From assembly GCA_964016885.1 (NCBI GenBank), contig OZ024740.1, positions 354,764,001 to 354,828,000 on the forward strand: 64,000 nucleotides of DNA, given 5' to 3'. Below, piece after piece: positions 41,811-54,779 of this stretch. The notes beneath the pieces were generated by a model. The model saw nothing but the letters and a program-made list of their open reading frames with translations. It was not told the DNA's origin and did not search any database. The number at the start of each line of letters is the position of its first letter. Positions within the stretch are counted from its first letter, which is position 1. The position numbers were made by a program, and so were the translations under genes. The stretch comes from Eledone cirrhosa (lineage: Eukaryota).

Positions 41811-44003
41811 TATATATGTGTCTGCTATATCAAGCGTTAACCTAATATATACCTTCCATATACTGTATACTGTACCGATTGTGTTGTTATTTCTGTTTAC
41901 CTTTTACATACATTTATATATATATATAATTACAACAGTGACATAAACAGGTACTCAAGCTTCGGTGGGTTCTGGACCCCAATTTCTTCAGCCTGTCATG
42001 AGAAAAATAAAATACAAAGGTGTCCTGTTGGTTCTTAACCACACATCTCACAATGCTTATATATGTCTTGTCTAATGATCCTGTGAGTTCACTTAAACAT
42101 AATAAAGAATATCTAAACTCTACTGAGTATTCATTCTCAAATTGGTTAAGAACCAACACAAAATTACTATTTCTACCTACAAGTTAAACTTCCTCACACC
42201 TTTATACTACTTAACATGATTAAAAAATGCTATCCTAAAATGAAAAAAACACTTCACATGCAAGTTCTACTGAATAATACATAAGCATTAGCACTACTCA
42301 AATAACAGCAATATCAGTATTAGTTCAGTCAACACTGCGCCCAATAACCTATCAGAAACTACAGCAACAATAACTATGACGGTGCTATTGATACCACAGA
42401 TAAAACTACTAACAAATCCCATTTGAGCCATCCAGAGGTCTAACTAGAGTATGGCAAACACGGCACATGCCATGGGTGTCACATGAAGGGAAGCGCTACT
42501 TGACCACATCATAGATAAATTTACATCAGTAAAAGCAAGAAAGATGCAGTTGTAATTTCCATCTATTGTTTACAATTAAAAATTTAACAAACATTGATTG
42601 GTATTTTTGAGCTGATGTTATGGTTATCTGAAAGATGGGTGTCATGTTTGGACAAGGGTGCAATTTCACTGCTCGCCATAGGCACTATTTTCCCTAGTTT
42701 TACCTCTGGAGCCATCTGTCTAGTTCTCTAACAGCTGGAGAAATAGCACTAGTAAGCTGTGGGCTAATATTCGTTGTAGTTCAATACTGAAACTTGATAT
42801 GAAAGCTATATGTCATTGTTTGGTGGTTAAAAACAAACAAACAGGTAATATGGAAGCTAATAGAATAACTACATCTGCCACTCCCAACAGTCACTGCCAT
42901 CATTATCACTTCTGTTATTGCCACTAATACTACAATGCTACAATCAACATGGTCAATGCTATCACAAGTACTATTACTACTACTTCCTCAATCACTGCTA
43001 ATACTAAATTTCACACTTTTCATATATATTACCTTGACAATCCACTCCAACCTCACCCCACCGACCACGGATTTAATGCTAAGCTAATTCGACTCAAACA
43101 TTCTATCCCTAAAAGTCTACTGAAGCATTCTTCCTCTACCTCTCAATCTCTCTAGATCTCAACTCATTATTCTTCAAAATCTATGCCCTAAAAACCTTAT
43201 GAGGTCATCAAAATGTACAATAATTTCAACTTCAGAACTTTCTCCTTCTATTCTTGATTTCACACTAAAATTCACAGAGAAATTTTACAAAGTTTTCGCA
43301 TGTAAGAGTTTCCGATACAGTTTTTTCAAATTGGAGGGGCTCCAGTATACATATTGTACATGTGTATTATTATTATTATTATTCGCTAACACTGTATTAT
43401 CACCAATATGAGACTAAAAAAGAAATTAAAAACATAATCATACTAACATATTTAGAGTCAATAGAAAATCAGTGTAGTAAAAACCAAGGTCATTCAACAA
43501 GTTTCCACATTATTAGAGGGGCTTGAGCCCCCAAAGCCCCTTAGCTTTCCTGTGCACTATGATTATACCCTACCCAGCAGAGCCAAGGTGTCTACATGGG
43601 GAACAAGATCTTTTGAATATGTAACAGATACAGTAAAACTAGGGTAAAAAACACCAGCACCAAAGAATTCCCAAAACTCCTCATTGAAAACAACTATCCA
43701 GCATCTCTCACCAAATGCCTGGATGTCAAGGAGGCCACACTTTCCAAGGGATGGCATATACAACCAAAAACTGCCATACATCAATGAGACAACCACTGCT
43801 GCTATCCATCAAGTGATCCAAAGGGAATGACTTAATATACAACTGGTGCACTCAGGGCCCTTACTGAGGAGGCTATTGTTCAAATACCAACCCACACACA
43901 CCGTCATATGCACGTTCCCTAAATACCTTAGCAACAATGAGGACATATACCTGAGATTGTACATGGTATACAAGGTAACATGCAAGACATGTGTTGGTTA
44001 ATA

Positions 44004-44196
44004 CGAGGGTCGGCTAAAAAGTTCATAGGCTGACCAAGTTACTCTCGTGAAATAACCAAATGAGGTTTATTTTTCAAAATAGTCTCTAGAAAGACACAAT
44101 GTAGTTATTAATAAGAAGTGTTGAAATGAATGCATGCAAGATTTCACTAGCATCACTCCTTCATAGTCAGCATATGAACTTTTCAGCCTACCCTCA
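44004..44196. mobile_element. Mariner-type MITE
   Basis: TA-cgagggtcggctaaaaagttcata...tatgaacttttcagcctaccctca-TA. Copies at about 50968-51151 and 53406-53598. Confidence 0.8.
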
Positions 44197-44528
44197 TAAA
44201 TTGAAAGAACTGTCCAGGAAATACAGATATTGATAAAAAACATACCAACATGAGTGTAGTCTTCCTTAAGTCAGTGCCAATTGTTTGTATTCTGTGCCAA
44301 TCTTATGCATATAACATCCATAAATTCATCAATCTCATTCCTCCATCTTATACTCTGTCTTTCTCAACTATGTAAGCTTGTTCCCATCAGTCTCCATTTT
44401 CTACATAGCTTTGTTTATCTGTTGTCATTTGTTCATACCACATGTCCTGTCCACTTCCTGTCACTGCCTCTGTCTCTCCTGCTCTCCCATATCTCACTAT
44501 TATGAGCAATTGGGGGTCCTTGCGCTGG

Positions 44529-44750
44529 TCACCCTGCAGCCCTGGCGGAAAGAATAGAGACAGTGTTTCCACGGAGGATGGTGAGGGAGATGTGCTGGAA
44601 AAGCCATTCCAGCTTGCGAGGCTCACACCTTTGAGTAGCCAACTCTGTGGCAATGGTGGTGAGTAGGAAGGTGGCCCTAGGACCAAGAACACCAGAAGTT
44701 TCCACTGCTACGGGCTTGATTGCAAACCTGTTGGAGAGCGACCAATATTT
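44529..44750 (-). pseudogene. CRE-clade LINE C-terminal fragment
   Basis: KYWSLSNRFAIKPVAVETSGVLGPRATFLL...WLFQHISLTILRGNTVSILSARAAG* fits the CRE pattern KY..L...F.P.AVET.G..G...QR.S.A..RGN. Not listed in the ORF track. Confidence 0.75.
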
Positions 44751-46682
44751 TTATAAATGAAAATTATAATCTAATCAATGAAAATGTTGGCATATATCAC
44801 TGAAGCAGCAAATATATAGATGGAGTTGAAGCAACATATGAGGGGGGGGGGGGGGGATGTATATGTCGCTATTGCTCTCTGGCAATCATCATCCTCTTCA
44901 TCTTGTTGTTGTTGATGCTGTTGCTGTTGTTGTTGTTGTTGTTGTTGTTGCTACTACTGTTGTTGTTGTTGCAATAATATTTAGCTTTCTGAGTTTAAAT
45001 TTCAATTACAAATTTTTCTTTGCTTCTAACTTTAAATTTATCAATTTATTTGAAATGATATCAGTTCAAAATTTCAAACTAAAATACTAAAACAACAACA
45101 ACAACCCACAAAGTAGATATTAAAATTACTTACCTATCATGTGGCCTTTCCAATAAATGATTTAAACATTGTAATAATTGTTTCTACTTTAGGCACAAGG
45201 CCAGCAATTACCCAGTGCATTACTGGTACTTTATTTTATCGACCCTGTATTGTAATAATTATGTTTAATGCTCACATCTATTGCAGACTATTTGGACAAC
45301 ATCTACTCGATTGAGGTATGATATAGCTTCTCATTCAAGGCTTGAGCTAATGAGGAGAAAGCAATATCAGGTTGCTTATGCTGAACTTAATGAGAAGGTA
45401 GGAAATTCAAATTATTTTTTTAATAAGCATCATTTCCTTTGATAAGCTTTTTGATACCACCTCACCCCACACTAGTTCAGTTTCTATGAAATAAAACCAT
45501 CCATTTTAAAAGGTTCCTATTTAAATTAAAATCTATTTAAATTAAAGGGTTCTTTATCAAACATAATTTGATATAAGAATCTTTTGTTGAAGTTATGTTA
45601 TATTTAAACTGCATCCAGTGGCAAGCCTCCTGTTTGGGAGTTCAGGAGCTGTGGGAAATGTGGAGTTACTCCTTAGTTGTTATCACTCATAGATCTTCTC
45701 CGTCCCGGAGCAGTAGTACCTGTTAGGGCCCCATTTATGGGTTAAATAATTACTTTACTTGAATGGCACCAGTAAGGTATTATCAGCCATTGAAAAGAAA
45801 AAAATGTTACAAATACCCTCTTAATAATGAAATAGTCAATAATTTTAGTAATCACCTCTAAGTTTTTCATTAATTGATTGAAATATAGGTTGAGGCATTT
45901 ATCACAGGATGCTACGTGAACTCTGCACAAGCCTACAAAAGTTTTGTTGTATTAAACCTTTAGCATTTAAACCAGCCGTATCTGGCCAGAATACTCTCAC
46001 CTCTATCTGTTCAAACTGGCTGTAACCGGCCGCTCATACTGATGTTAAAATATTGTTCTCAAAATAAATATCAAAATCTCATATATTCAATATTATGTGA
46101 AATAATTATGTGAGGTAAAGCCTTTACTGTGAAAATATAATAGTATATATAGAGTAATGTAAATGCTAAAGGGTTAAACAACCTTGTAGTACCTACTAAA
46201 TAGGTAGCGAATTGGCAGAATTATTAGAACATTGGATAGAATGCTTTGTGGTATTCCTCTATGATAAGAGTTCAAAAACCACCAAGGTTAACTTTGCTTT
46301 ACATCCATTCAAAGTTGACAAATAAAGTACCAGTCAAGTACTAGAGTTTTCACACTTCCTGACTGCATGCTGTATATCACTATAGTGCTTCTATATACAT
46401 ACACAGGCACACATATACATCTATGCACACACACACACACACACACACATGCACACACACACACATATTAACTTAAAATATACATTGAAATATACATTGA
46501 TTAAAAAACTCTCTTTATATCTAAGATACATTTTGACCCACACTTACCCAAAATGACTGACTAAAGACATATGTGCTTTCCTCGCATAAAAAAGATTTTT
46601 TCTGTTTCTTCCTCTTCTTAATCTTGTTTATCATTTCTATTTCTTCTTCACAGAAGTTAGAGTGAGAGATATCTCACTCTAA

Positions 46683-46716
46683 CTTCTGATGAAGGACTAA
46701 TGTCTGAAATGTTAAG
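46683..46716 (+). ncRNA. Degenerate Penelope-type hammerhead motif
   Basis: ctt-CTGATGA-a-ggac-taat-gtct-GAAA-tgtt-aag, consistent with CpG decay of gtccGAAACGTT. The downstream tail (ctatatcaagcgttaa) also occurs at about 41825. Confidence 0.55.
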
Positions 46717-46955
46717 ACTCTTTTTCTACTATATCAAGCGTTAAACTAATATATATCACCATTGTACTGTTTCATTCACATGTGTTGTTTTTTTCCTTGT
46801 TGATTTTTCATATATAACAATAATAATAATAATAATAATAATGAAATTATTGTGTACAGTGCTCAGGTGCACTACAACTCATCAAAGGTGCATGTATAGT
46901 ACATAGAATAATGTACAAATGTCAGGAAAATAAACAGTGTATGAGTCATGATATA

Positions 46956-48180
46956 ATAACAATAACGAAATATTGTGCACAGTGCCCAGGTGCACCACAA
47001 CTCATCAAAAAAGTGCATGTACAGTACATAGGGCAATATACAAACATCAGTAAAATGAACAGTGCACGAGTCATGATACACACATGTGTGCATGTGTATG
47101 GAAGGGGTACATCAGGTGTAGTTTTGGCGTATTTTGGGAAGCATGAGTGTCTTAAAGGATGCAGTGTCTCGGCAGCTAACAATTGACGCAGGCAGTTTGT
47201 TCCATGCTTCAGCAACTCTGAGCGTGAAAAAATGTCTGCGAAAGTCATGGGAGCTGTGCTGTTTTCTTATCTTGTAGGCATGTCCACGTGTGTTAGACAC
47301 ATGGAGATCAAAGAGGCGCTCAGGGTTGCAGTTGGCGAGATGGTTAAAAACTTTGTGGGTATTCACCAAGTCCATTGCCAGACGTCGGAGCTTCAATGAA
47401 TCCATGCCCAGGGAAGCAAGGCGTTCAGAGTATGGTAGGTGTCTGATGGAGGGTATGCGCTTGGTTGCACGTCTCTGAACAGTTTCCAGGAGGTCAATGT
47501 TCCGAGCAAGATAGGGGTTCCAGACTGATGATGCGAATTCCAAGTGTGGTCGCACCATAGCTGTATACAGTTTTAAATAGATGGCTGGAGAGCGGCTAAC
47601 AAAGGTCTTGCTGAGTGATGCCAAGACACCCTCGGCCTTCTTGACAATCTTAGAGACATGCTTTGTCCAACGCAAATCGTTGCTGACAGTAATGCCCAGG
47701 TCACGTTCACAAGAGGACTTTTTGATGTCAGTGTTGTGGAGGGAGTATGTGGACGCTGGATTTTTCCTTCCAAAATGCATGGTGGTACACTTGTCCACAG
47801 CCAGCTTCAGTTGCCAATCTGTGATCCATTGCTGCATTGTGTCCAGGTCTGATTGTAGGAAAGAGTTGTAAATTTCAGGATCAGTCCTTTTGATTTCAAG
47901 GTACAGCTTGATGTCATCTGCATATTTTAGTACCGTGGCATTCTGTAAGTTGGCATCTATGTCATTAATATATGCCACAAACAAAAGAGGACCAAGAACA
48001 GATCCCTGTGGTACACCAGATGACATCTCATATGGTGAAGAATGCTGTCCTAGAACCGTGACTACTTCCTTTCGGCTGAGAATGAAGGATTTCAGCCAGT
48101 CGAAAAGATCATCCCTCACACCCATTGCAGAGAGTTTTGCCATAAGTCTTTTGTGTGGCACAGAATTAAAAGCCTTAGCA
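46956..48180 (-). mobile_element. 5'-truncated young CR1 LINE
   Basis: Begins at AKAFNSVPH, includes the 3' UTR and a tail near 46956-46970. Confidence 0.9.
47112..48161 (-). CDS. CR1 ORF2 reverse transcriptase C-terminal part (uninterrupted 349 aa)
   Basis: Motifs SGVPQGSVLGPLLF, KYADD, ERDLG, VRPHLEFASSVWNP, VQRRATK, FFTLRVAEAWNKLP. Confidence 0.9.
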   Translation of the reverse strand: MPHKRLMAKLSAMGVRDDLFDWLKSFILSRKEVVTVLGQHSSPYEMSSGVPQGSVLGPLLFVAYINDIDANLQNATVLKYADDIKLYLEIKRTDPEIYNSFLQSDLDTMQQWITDWQLKLAVDKCTTMHFGRKNPASTYSLHNTDIKKSSCERDLGITVSNDLRWTKHVSKIVKKAEGVLASLSKTFVSRSPAIYLKLYTAMVRPHLEFASSVWNPYLARNIDLLETVQRRATKRIPSIRHLPYSERLASLGMDSLKLRRLAMDLVNTHKVFNHLANCNPERLFDLHVSNTRGHAYKIRKQHSSHDFRRHFFTLRVAEAWNKLPASIVSCRDTASFKTLMLPKIRQNYT

Positions 48181-51100
48181 TATTATAATGAATAATGAAA
48201 ATTATTGTGTACAGTGCTCAGGTGCACTACAACTCATCAAATGTGCATGTATAGTACATAGAATAATGTACAAATGTCAGGAAAGTGAACAGTGTATGAG
48301 TCATGATATACACACAATGTACTACTCCCAGCTTGTGCCTGTAAACTGAACAATGACAGTTGGGAGAGGGCACTCATCTTTGGTGGTCAAGATGATATTG
48401 GATGTGTAGGGTTGTTCAATTAACCTTGAATATTCAGCTCTCTGTACCAGGAGGACTGAATGCCTCATATAATTGTATATAAGGTACACCTAATTTTTAT
48501 GCTTTGTATACATGTTACCCTTTTTGAAATTCTGTGTAAAGCTCCACCTTAGTGTTGTAATTAAAACCAGGACGGTGGATTGGAAGTATCGGAAGAGGGT
48601 CAGACACGATGCTTTGCAGTATAGAATTACGGTCCTTTATGATCTCAGTTTAAATCCCGCCGAGGTAAACTTTATTTACAGGGTCGATAAAATAAAGTAC
48701 CAGTCACGCACTCACTGGGGTCGGTTTAATTGACTTCCCCTCCCCAAAATTTGCTGGCCTTGTGCCTATGAGAAACCATTATTATTGGGTAAAATGTTTT
48801 GTGGCATATTTATATTCTGAGTTCAAATCTTGTTGAGGTTAGCTTTGCTTTTCATCCTTATGGAGTCAATACAGGGTAGAGGGTCGATGTAAATTGCTTG
48901 CCTTGTGCCTAAATTAGAAATAATTTATTTCTGTAAATTAAATGAGGTACTGACAGAGTTATCTCCTTCAAACTCAGCACTATATCATGTGTTGCATATC
49001 TACTCAACTATTGATTGTAAAATTAAGACTCTTTTGAAAGATCTATATTAGTGATCCCATGTCATCAATAATGACAGCAATAGCATTGAATGAATTTTTG
49101 GAACTCGGGATAGGTATGCCATATATACTAGGAATTTCAGGTACAAACTGGGAAATTTGCATTTTGAGAATGCTTTGCATAAAAGAAACCATATAGTATA
49201 TGTTCATTACTGAAACATGGGAATAATTAAAAACAGGAATGATATTTTAAATCATTTCTAGGATATAATTACACAAATGATCAGCATATATACAGGGTGT
49301 CCTCCAAAAATGTATACACACTTTCATAATTTCCTTATTGTTATTATTTGGATTGGCAGTAGAGGGTCGGATGCCATGCTTTACAGCAAAGAGTTACGGC
49401 CCTTTATGGTCTGAGTTCAAATCCCGCCGAGGTTAACTTTGCCTTTCATCCTTACGGGGTCGATAAAATAATGTACCAGTAATACACTGAAATAATTGCT
49501 GGCCTTGTGCCAAAAGTAGAAACAATTATTGTTATTATTAGAATGCTGTTGAAGTGTGTATACATTTTTGGGGGACACCCAGTATATACATTTCATATTG
49601 AGCATTAAATGTTTGAGTAACTATACACATATTTGATAATATACAAATGTTTTTTGTACTAACCTTGTTTATACTCATGTAGGTCCTGATTGAACAAACT
49701 TTTGATAAAAAGTGTTCCAGCTCTGACCATCCTAGCATTTCCCCCCAAACATTGTATATCTAATACTACATTTTTCTAATGTAGACTTAGATGAGATATA
49801 TTTTTTCATGGCAGTGGCTTATGTGAGGGAAATAGGGCTGCTATTTCTAGCAGATCGAGCGACCACATTTCTTACCTTTCATTTAGTATTATTTTTGTTA
49901 TATTTAACCCCCAGGATATCCCTGATCAAGCAGATTTGTGATCAATAGCATTTTAGCAGTGGTCATCACATATTTTTAGAAGTTTCTAGAACTACATTAC
50001 CTAAATGTGTCATTTTGTTTTGTTTTTATTAAAGCAGTAGAGTATGATTTAAGAAGGTACTTACTGTTATTTCTAGTGTGCTGAGCGACCATGGAGGAAA
50101 AAATACATGTTAAAGGGTGAAAAAAAAAAGAGATAATAATAATAGAAGGCATGCACACTCAATTACACATAATAACAGGGAAGATTAGTGTTGTTTTTCT
50201 AAAATATTTGAGGCAAGCCAAGATATTCATAGCATTCATAGCAGATGATAGTGAGGCTAAAATGCTGGAATAGCCAAGCACCCTCTCAATCACTGTGTAT
50301 GTATAGGTATGACAAGCTGTCATCACTGACAACAATCTTATTTGATTTAATATACTTGTATAGGTAAACAAGTGGGTGTTTAGGCATAGAAACATGTGTG
50401 ACATAAAGGCATGTGACGTAGTGGTTAGTGGTTAGTGGTGTTTGGTTCATGATAATAAATCCGTTGGTTTGATTCCCACGTTGTATTCTTGAGCAAGACA
50501 TTATATTTCACATTAGCTTCCTCAAAAGTATCAAAGAAGGCAACATTGATCTTCCTTGTTGTAGTCTGTAATTGAGTGTGGAACTCTTCTCCTGTTTGTT
50601 GTTTATTTTTCTTTCTGTTCTCTTTTTCTAACTTCTTTTTATTGATTTGTTTCTTTTGCAAATCATAAACATAATATAATTTAAAACATGCCATTTGTTT
50701 GTTGAATAAGAGGGAAGAATCGAAACTAGTCGAGCTATTGAGTTTATCATGCAGAGAGGTTGAATGTATGTTTATCAAACATATGCAAGTGAACTTACAA
50801 TTTATATGTGCATATGAATATATATAACTTTGATAACTTTTCGGTCTGTGTTGGCTAAAACGTCTGTTAGTTCCAATAACAAATATTTAAATAACAGATC
50901 AACTTGCTCATGAAATCAATGTGCAAGTGGCTGAGCATTCCACATTCATGAATACCCTTAACATACTATGGTGAGCTTAAAAGTTCATAGGCTGACAAAG
51001 ATACTCTCATGGAATGACCAAATGAGGTTTATATTTTCAACATAGTCCCTGAAAGAAACAATGCAGTTATTAATAAGAATATATGAAATAAATGCATGCA

Positions 51101-51609
51101 AGATTTCACAGCTCTAGCATCAATCCTTATGAACTTTTCAGCTGACCCTTGTAGTTCTTAGATAGATTCAGCATGATTCAATGTGTGACATTGGTGGCAC
51201 ATTTAAATACATGTACAACTCATATTTCCAGCTGAGAGAAATAAAGTCACTTGCCGAAGGACACAATGTCAGGGGTGGTGGAAGCATTTCTGAATTGGGG
51301 GAGGGGCAAATTGGGTCAATTTAGTTGTAGTGATTAGTTTAGCTATTATCAAATATCAACCAAGGTATAAAAAACTTTGATATGCAATAAACATGTGTTG
51401 TAGCGTATAAACATATATTGTAGCGCATATACAAACAGATGTGTGTTTTGGTAGTTTTGGAAGAAAAATATAATTATATGCCCCTCCTCCGTTCCACTGC
51501 CCCTGAGGGTGCTACCTATGCCAGGAATTGAACTCATGACTTTACAATCACCCATAGCCACTAAGTGATGTGTCTTCATATAGAAAACTTTACTAACTGG
51601 AACATCTCT

Positions 51610-52920
51610 TCTCCTTTGCCCACTTATTCCTGAGAGGGTCGTGGGGCAGAGTCCTCAAACACTTCTTCCAGTGGGTCCTGTCAGAAGCAACCATCTCCAG
51701 CTGATCTGGCTGAATCACCAAGTAAGACCAGCCAAGTGCATGGATGTTATCAAACCATCTTATTCAGGGCCTACCCCTGGGTCTCCTGTCGGTTGGTTTT
51801 GCCCATAAAATCTGTCCAGCGATCCTTTCCTGAGACATTCTAACCACATGCTCATAATATCGGAGCTGTGATCTCTCAATTTGGAGAAGTAGCAGCTCTA
51901 CTTGGAGTGACACTCTGATATCTGAGTTATGCACTCTATCGACAAACATTACTCCAGAGACCCTTCAGATGAACCCCATTTCGGCCATTTTTGTATTTGG
52001 GATTGTAATAAATAAATAAAGAAACCATTATTTTGCTCATTACCCAAGATTCATGACCATAGGTAAGGGTTGGCATGAATACTGAATTGAAGATAGTGAG
52101 TTTGGATTTTATGTCTACCTCCCTTTTTCTGATTACTGAATGCTGAAGCTGGCGCATTATTGCACCAGCTCTTGCAATTCTTGCACTTAATTCAGCCTCC
52201 TGCCATCCATCACTCGTGAACATGGCCCTAAGATACTTGAACTTCTCTACCTGCTTCAGTGGAACTCCATTTACATGCAGCGTGCACTGCGCAGACTTCC
52301 TTGAGAGGACAAGTGTCTCAGTTTTTGCAGCACTGATTTTCATTCCAGCCATGCAACACTCAGTATCAAACATATTGCGTGCAAATCAGAGATCACCTTC
52401 TGTTGAGTTAACCCTTTAATGTTCAAACCAGCCAAAACCGGCCAGAATTCTCTACCTTTTTCTGTTGAAACTGGCTGTAACTGGTCACTCAAACTGATGT
52501 TAAGGTATTGTTCTCAAAATAAATACTTTCAAAATCTCATAGATTCGATATTATGTGAGATAAAGCATTTACCATGAAAATATAATAGTATATATAGAGT
52601 AATGTGAATGCTAAAGGGTTAAGTAACACCATGTCGTCTGCAAATTCCAAAATTGTGCATGTCAATACTGTTCATGTAAATAATGAACAGGAATGGTGAC
52701 AGTATGCACCCTTAGCAGTGTCTGACTCCCACATTGAATGGTTTTGATTTAGCACCATTTATCCAAACACAAATACTCGGGCATTCATATAGAGACATCA
52801 GGGCAGCAAGAAGCTGACCATCGATCCCATACTCCTGCAGAACCTTCCACAGCATGGTCCTGAGGAATGCAGTCATATGCCTTTTCAAGGTTGACAAAAC
52901 AAGAATATACCTCAGTGCAT
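51610..52920 (-). mobile_element. RTE LINE RT remnant split by a TTAA MITE
   Basis: Motifs LWKVLQEYGIDG, LEFADDMVL, LKQVEKFKYL, PTLTYGHESW, RPRGRP. Confidence 0.85.
52412..52618. mobile_element. TTAA MITE family A nested in RTE
   Basis: TTAA duplicated at 52408-52411 and 52619-52622. Confidence 0.85.
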
Positions 52921-54672
52921 TGCAGCTCCAATCACACAACATTAACTGGAATATAACAATGGTATTTATTTATTTGAGATATTTCCTCAATTGAAGCAAA
53001 TTATGAATCAATAAATGTTTGTTTGCCCCAAAACAGCTGTGACATAAAAATTAGAACATGTAATTTAGTATACTTCTATAGGTAAACGTGTAGGTGTTTA
53101 GGCATATATTTACATCTGTGTCATAAAGCCGTGGGTTTAATTCCTTTGCTGTGTTCTTGAGCAAGACATTATATTTGACATTGTACCTGTATAGCTAGAA
53201 ATTAGTTATGAAATTAGTTATGCCTGTCATTCAAAGTGCCAGCTTTGTCATACACTATGTTATATTGAATCTCCCTGAGAAAGGTTACACATATATGTGA
53301 AATGCTCAGTCATTTGTAAGTTAATTTCATGAGCAGGCTGTTCTGTTGATCAAACAACTGGAACACTCCTTGTCAGAACTGACAGAGGTCCCACATACAA
53401 ATATACAAGGGTCGGCTGAAAAGTTCATAAGCTGACCAAGATTCTCTCATGGAATGACCAAATGAGGTTTATTTTTCAATTTAATCACTGGAAAGAAAGA
53501 ATTCAGTTATAAATAAGAAGAGTTGAAATTAATGCATGCAAGATTTCACAGCTCTAGCATCAATTCTTCATAGTCAGCCTCTTTTCAGCCAACCTTCGTA
53601 TATATGAATCATTGTGTGAATGTGTTTGGGTATATATGTATTACACAGCATTTTGGCAAATGTTTTTAACCATAGATAGGCTGAGGTCAATGCAAGTCTT
53701 GTAAGTCAAATTCGGTAAATTCCGGCCAGAATTCTCTCACCTCTTTCTGTTCAAACTGGCTGTAACCAGCCACTCATACTGATGTTAAGATATTGTTCTC
53801 AAAATAAATAATATCAAAATCTCATAGATTCAATACTATGTGCGATAATACTGTGGTGGTGGTGGTGATAATGATGACGATGATGGTGGTGGTGATGAAA
53901 TGTTGATGATGATGATGAGAATGATGACGATGATGATGATGATGATGACAGGAATGTTTTCTATATTCACTCTTATATTTCTTTATTCTTTTATTGGTTT
54001 CAGCCATAAGTGTGTAGCTGGGACACAGCCTTCAGGCTTTAGGCAATTATATCAAACCCAATACTTATTTTATTGATATCATAAACTATTTTGTTTAGCA
54101 CTTATCTTATTGATATCGTAATACATTCTGGTATAAAAGGATGTAATTCAGACTAAATAATTGTTTCTACTTTAGGCACAAGGCCAGCAATTACCCAGTG
54201 CATTACTGGTGCTTTATTTTATCGACCCCGTAAGGATGATTAAATAATACATGGTAAATCCTCCTCCCCTCCTCCTTCTCCTTCTCCTCCTCATCATCAT
54301 CATCATCATCACCATCATCTTCATCATCATCACCATCATCTTCATCATCATCATCATCACCATCATCTTCATCATTTTATGTCTGCTGGCATGGGTAGGA
54401 CAGGTTCTTATGGTTTCACACTGGACATATTTGAAATCATTGTCTCACTTAGTCATCAAGCCCCAAAATGGAATGTTTGAGCAAGATGTCATCCTCCCAA
54501 CTTCATATATATACATATATCATCATCGTCACCATCATCGATTAACATCCATCTTTCATGCTAGAATGGGTTAGATGGGTCCTATTTTGAGGCATGTTGT
54601 GTCAGGTGATCGTGTCTCGCTCATATAGGGGTGTTTCTGGCTGGTTTTCTAGGGCTGGATGCCCTTCCTAAC

Positions 54673-54719
<47 letters not shown>

Positions 54720-54747
54720 AAACAATTTTCTAAAAGGTATAATCATG

Positions 54748-54779
<32 letters not shown>

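Noticed and set aside
43560-43990. Moderately GC-rich stretch with short ORFs
   Set aside because: No identifiable motif; cannot be assigned without a search.
44387-44692. GC-rich segment as a host exon
   Set aside because: Another frame gives a CRE LINE C-terminus, and no partner exons were found.
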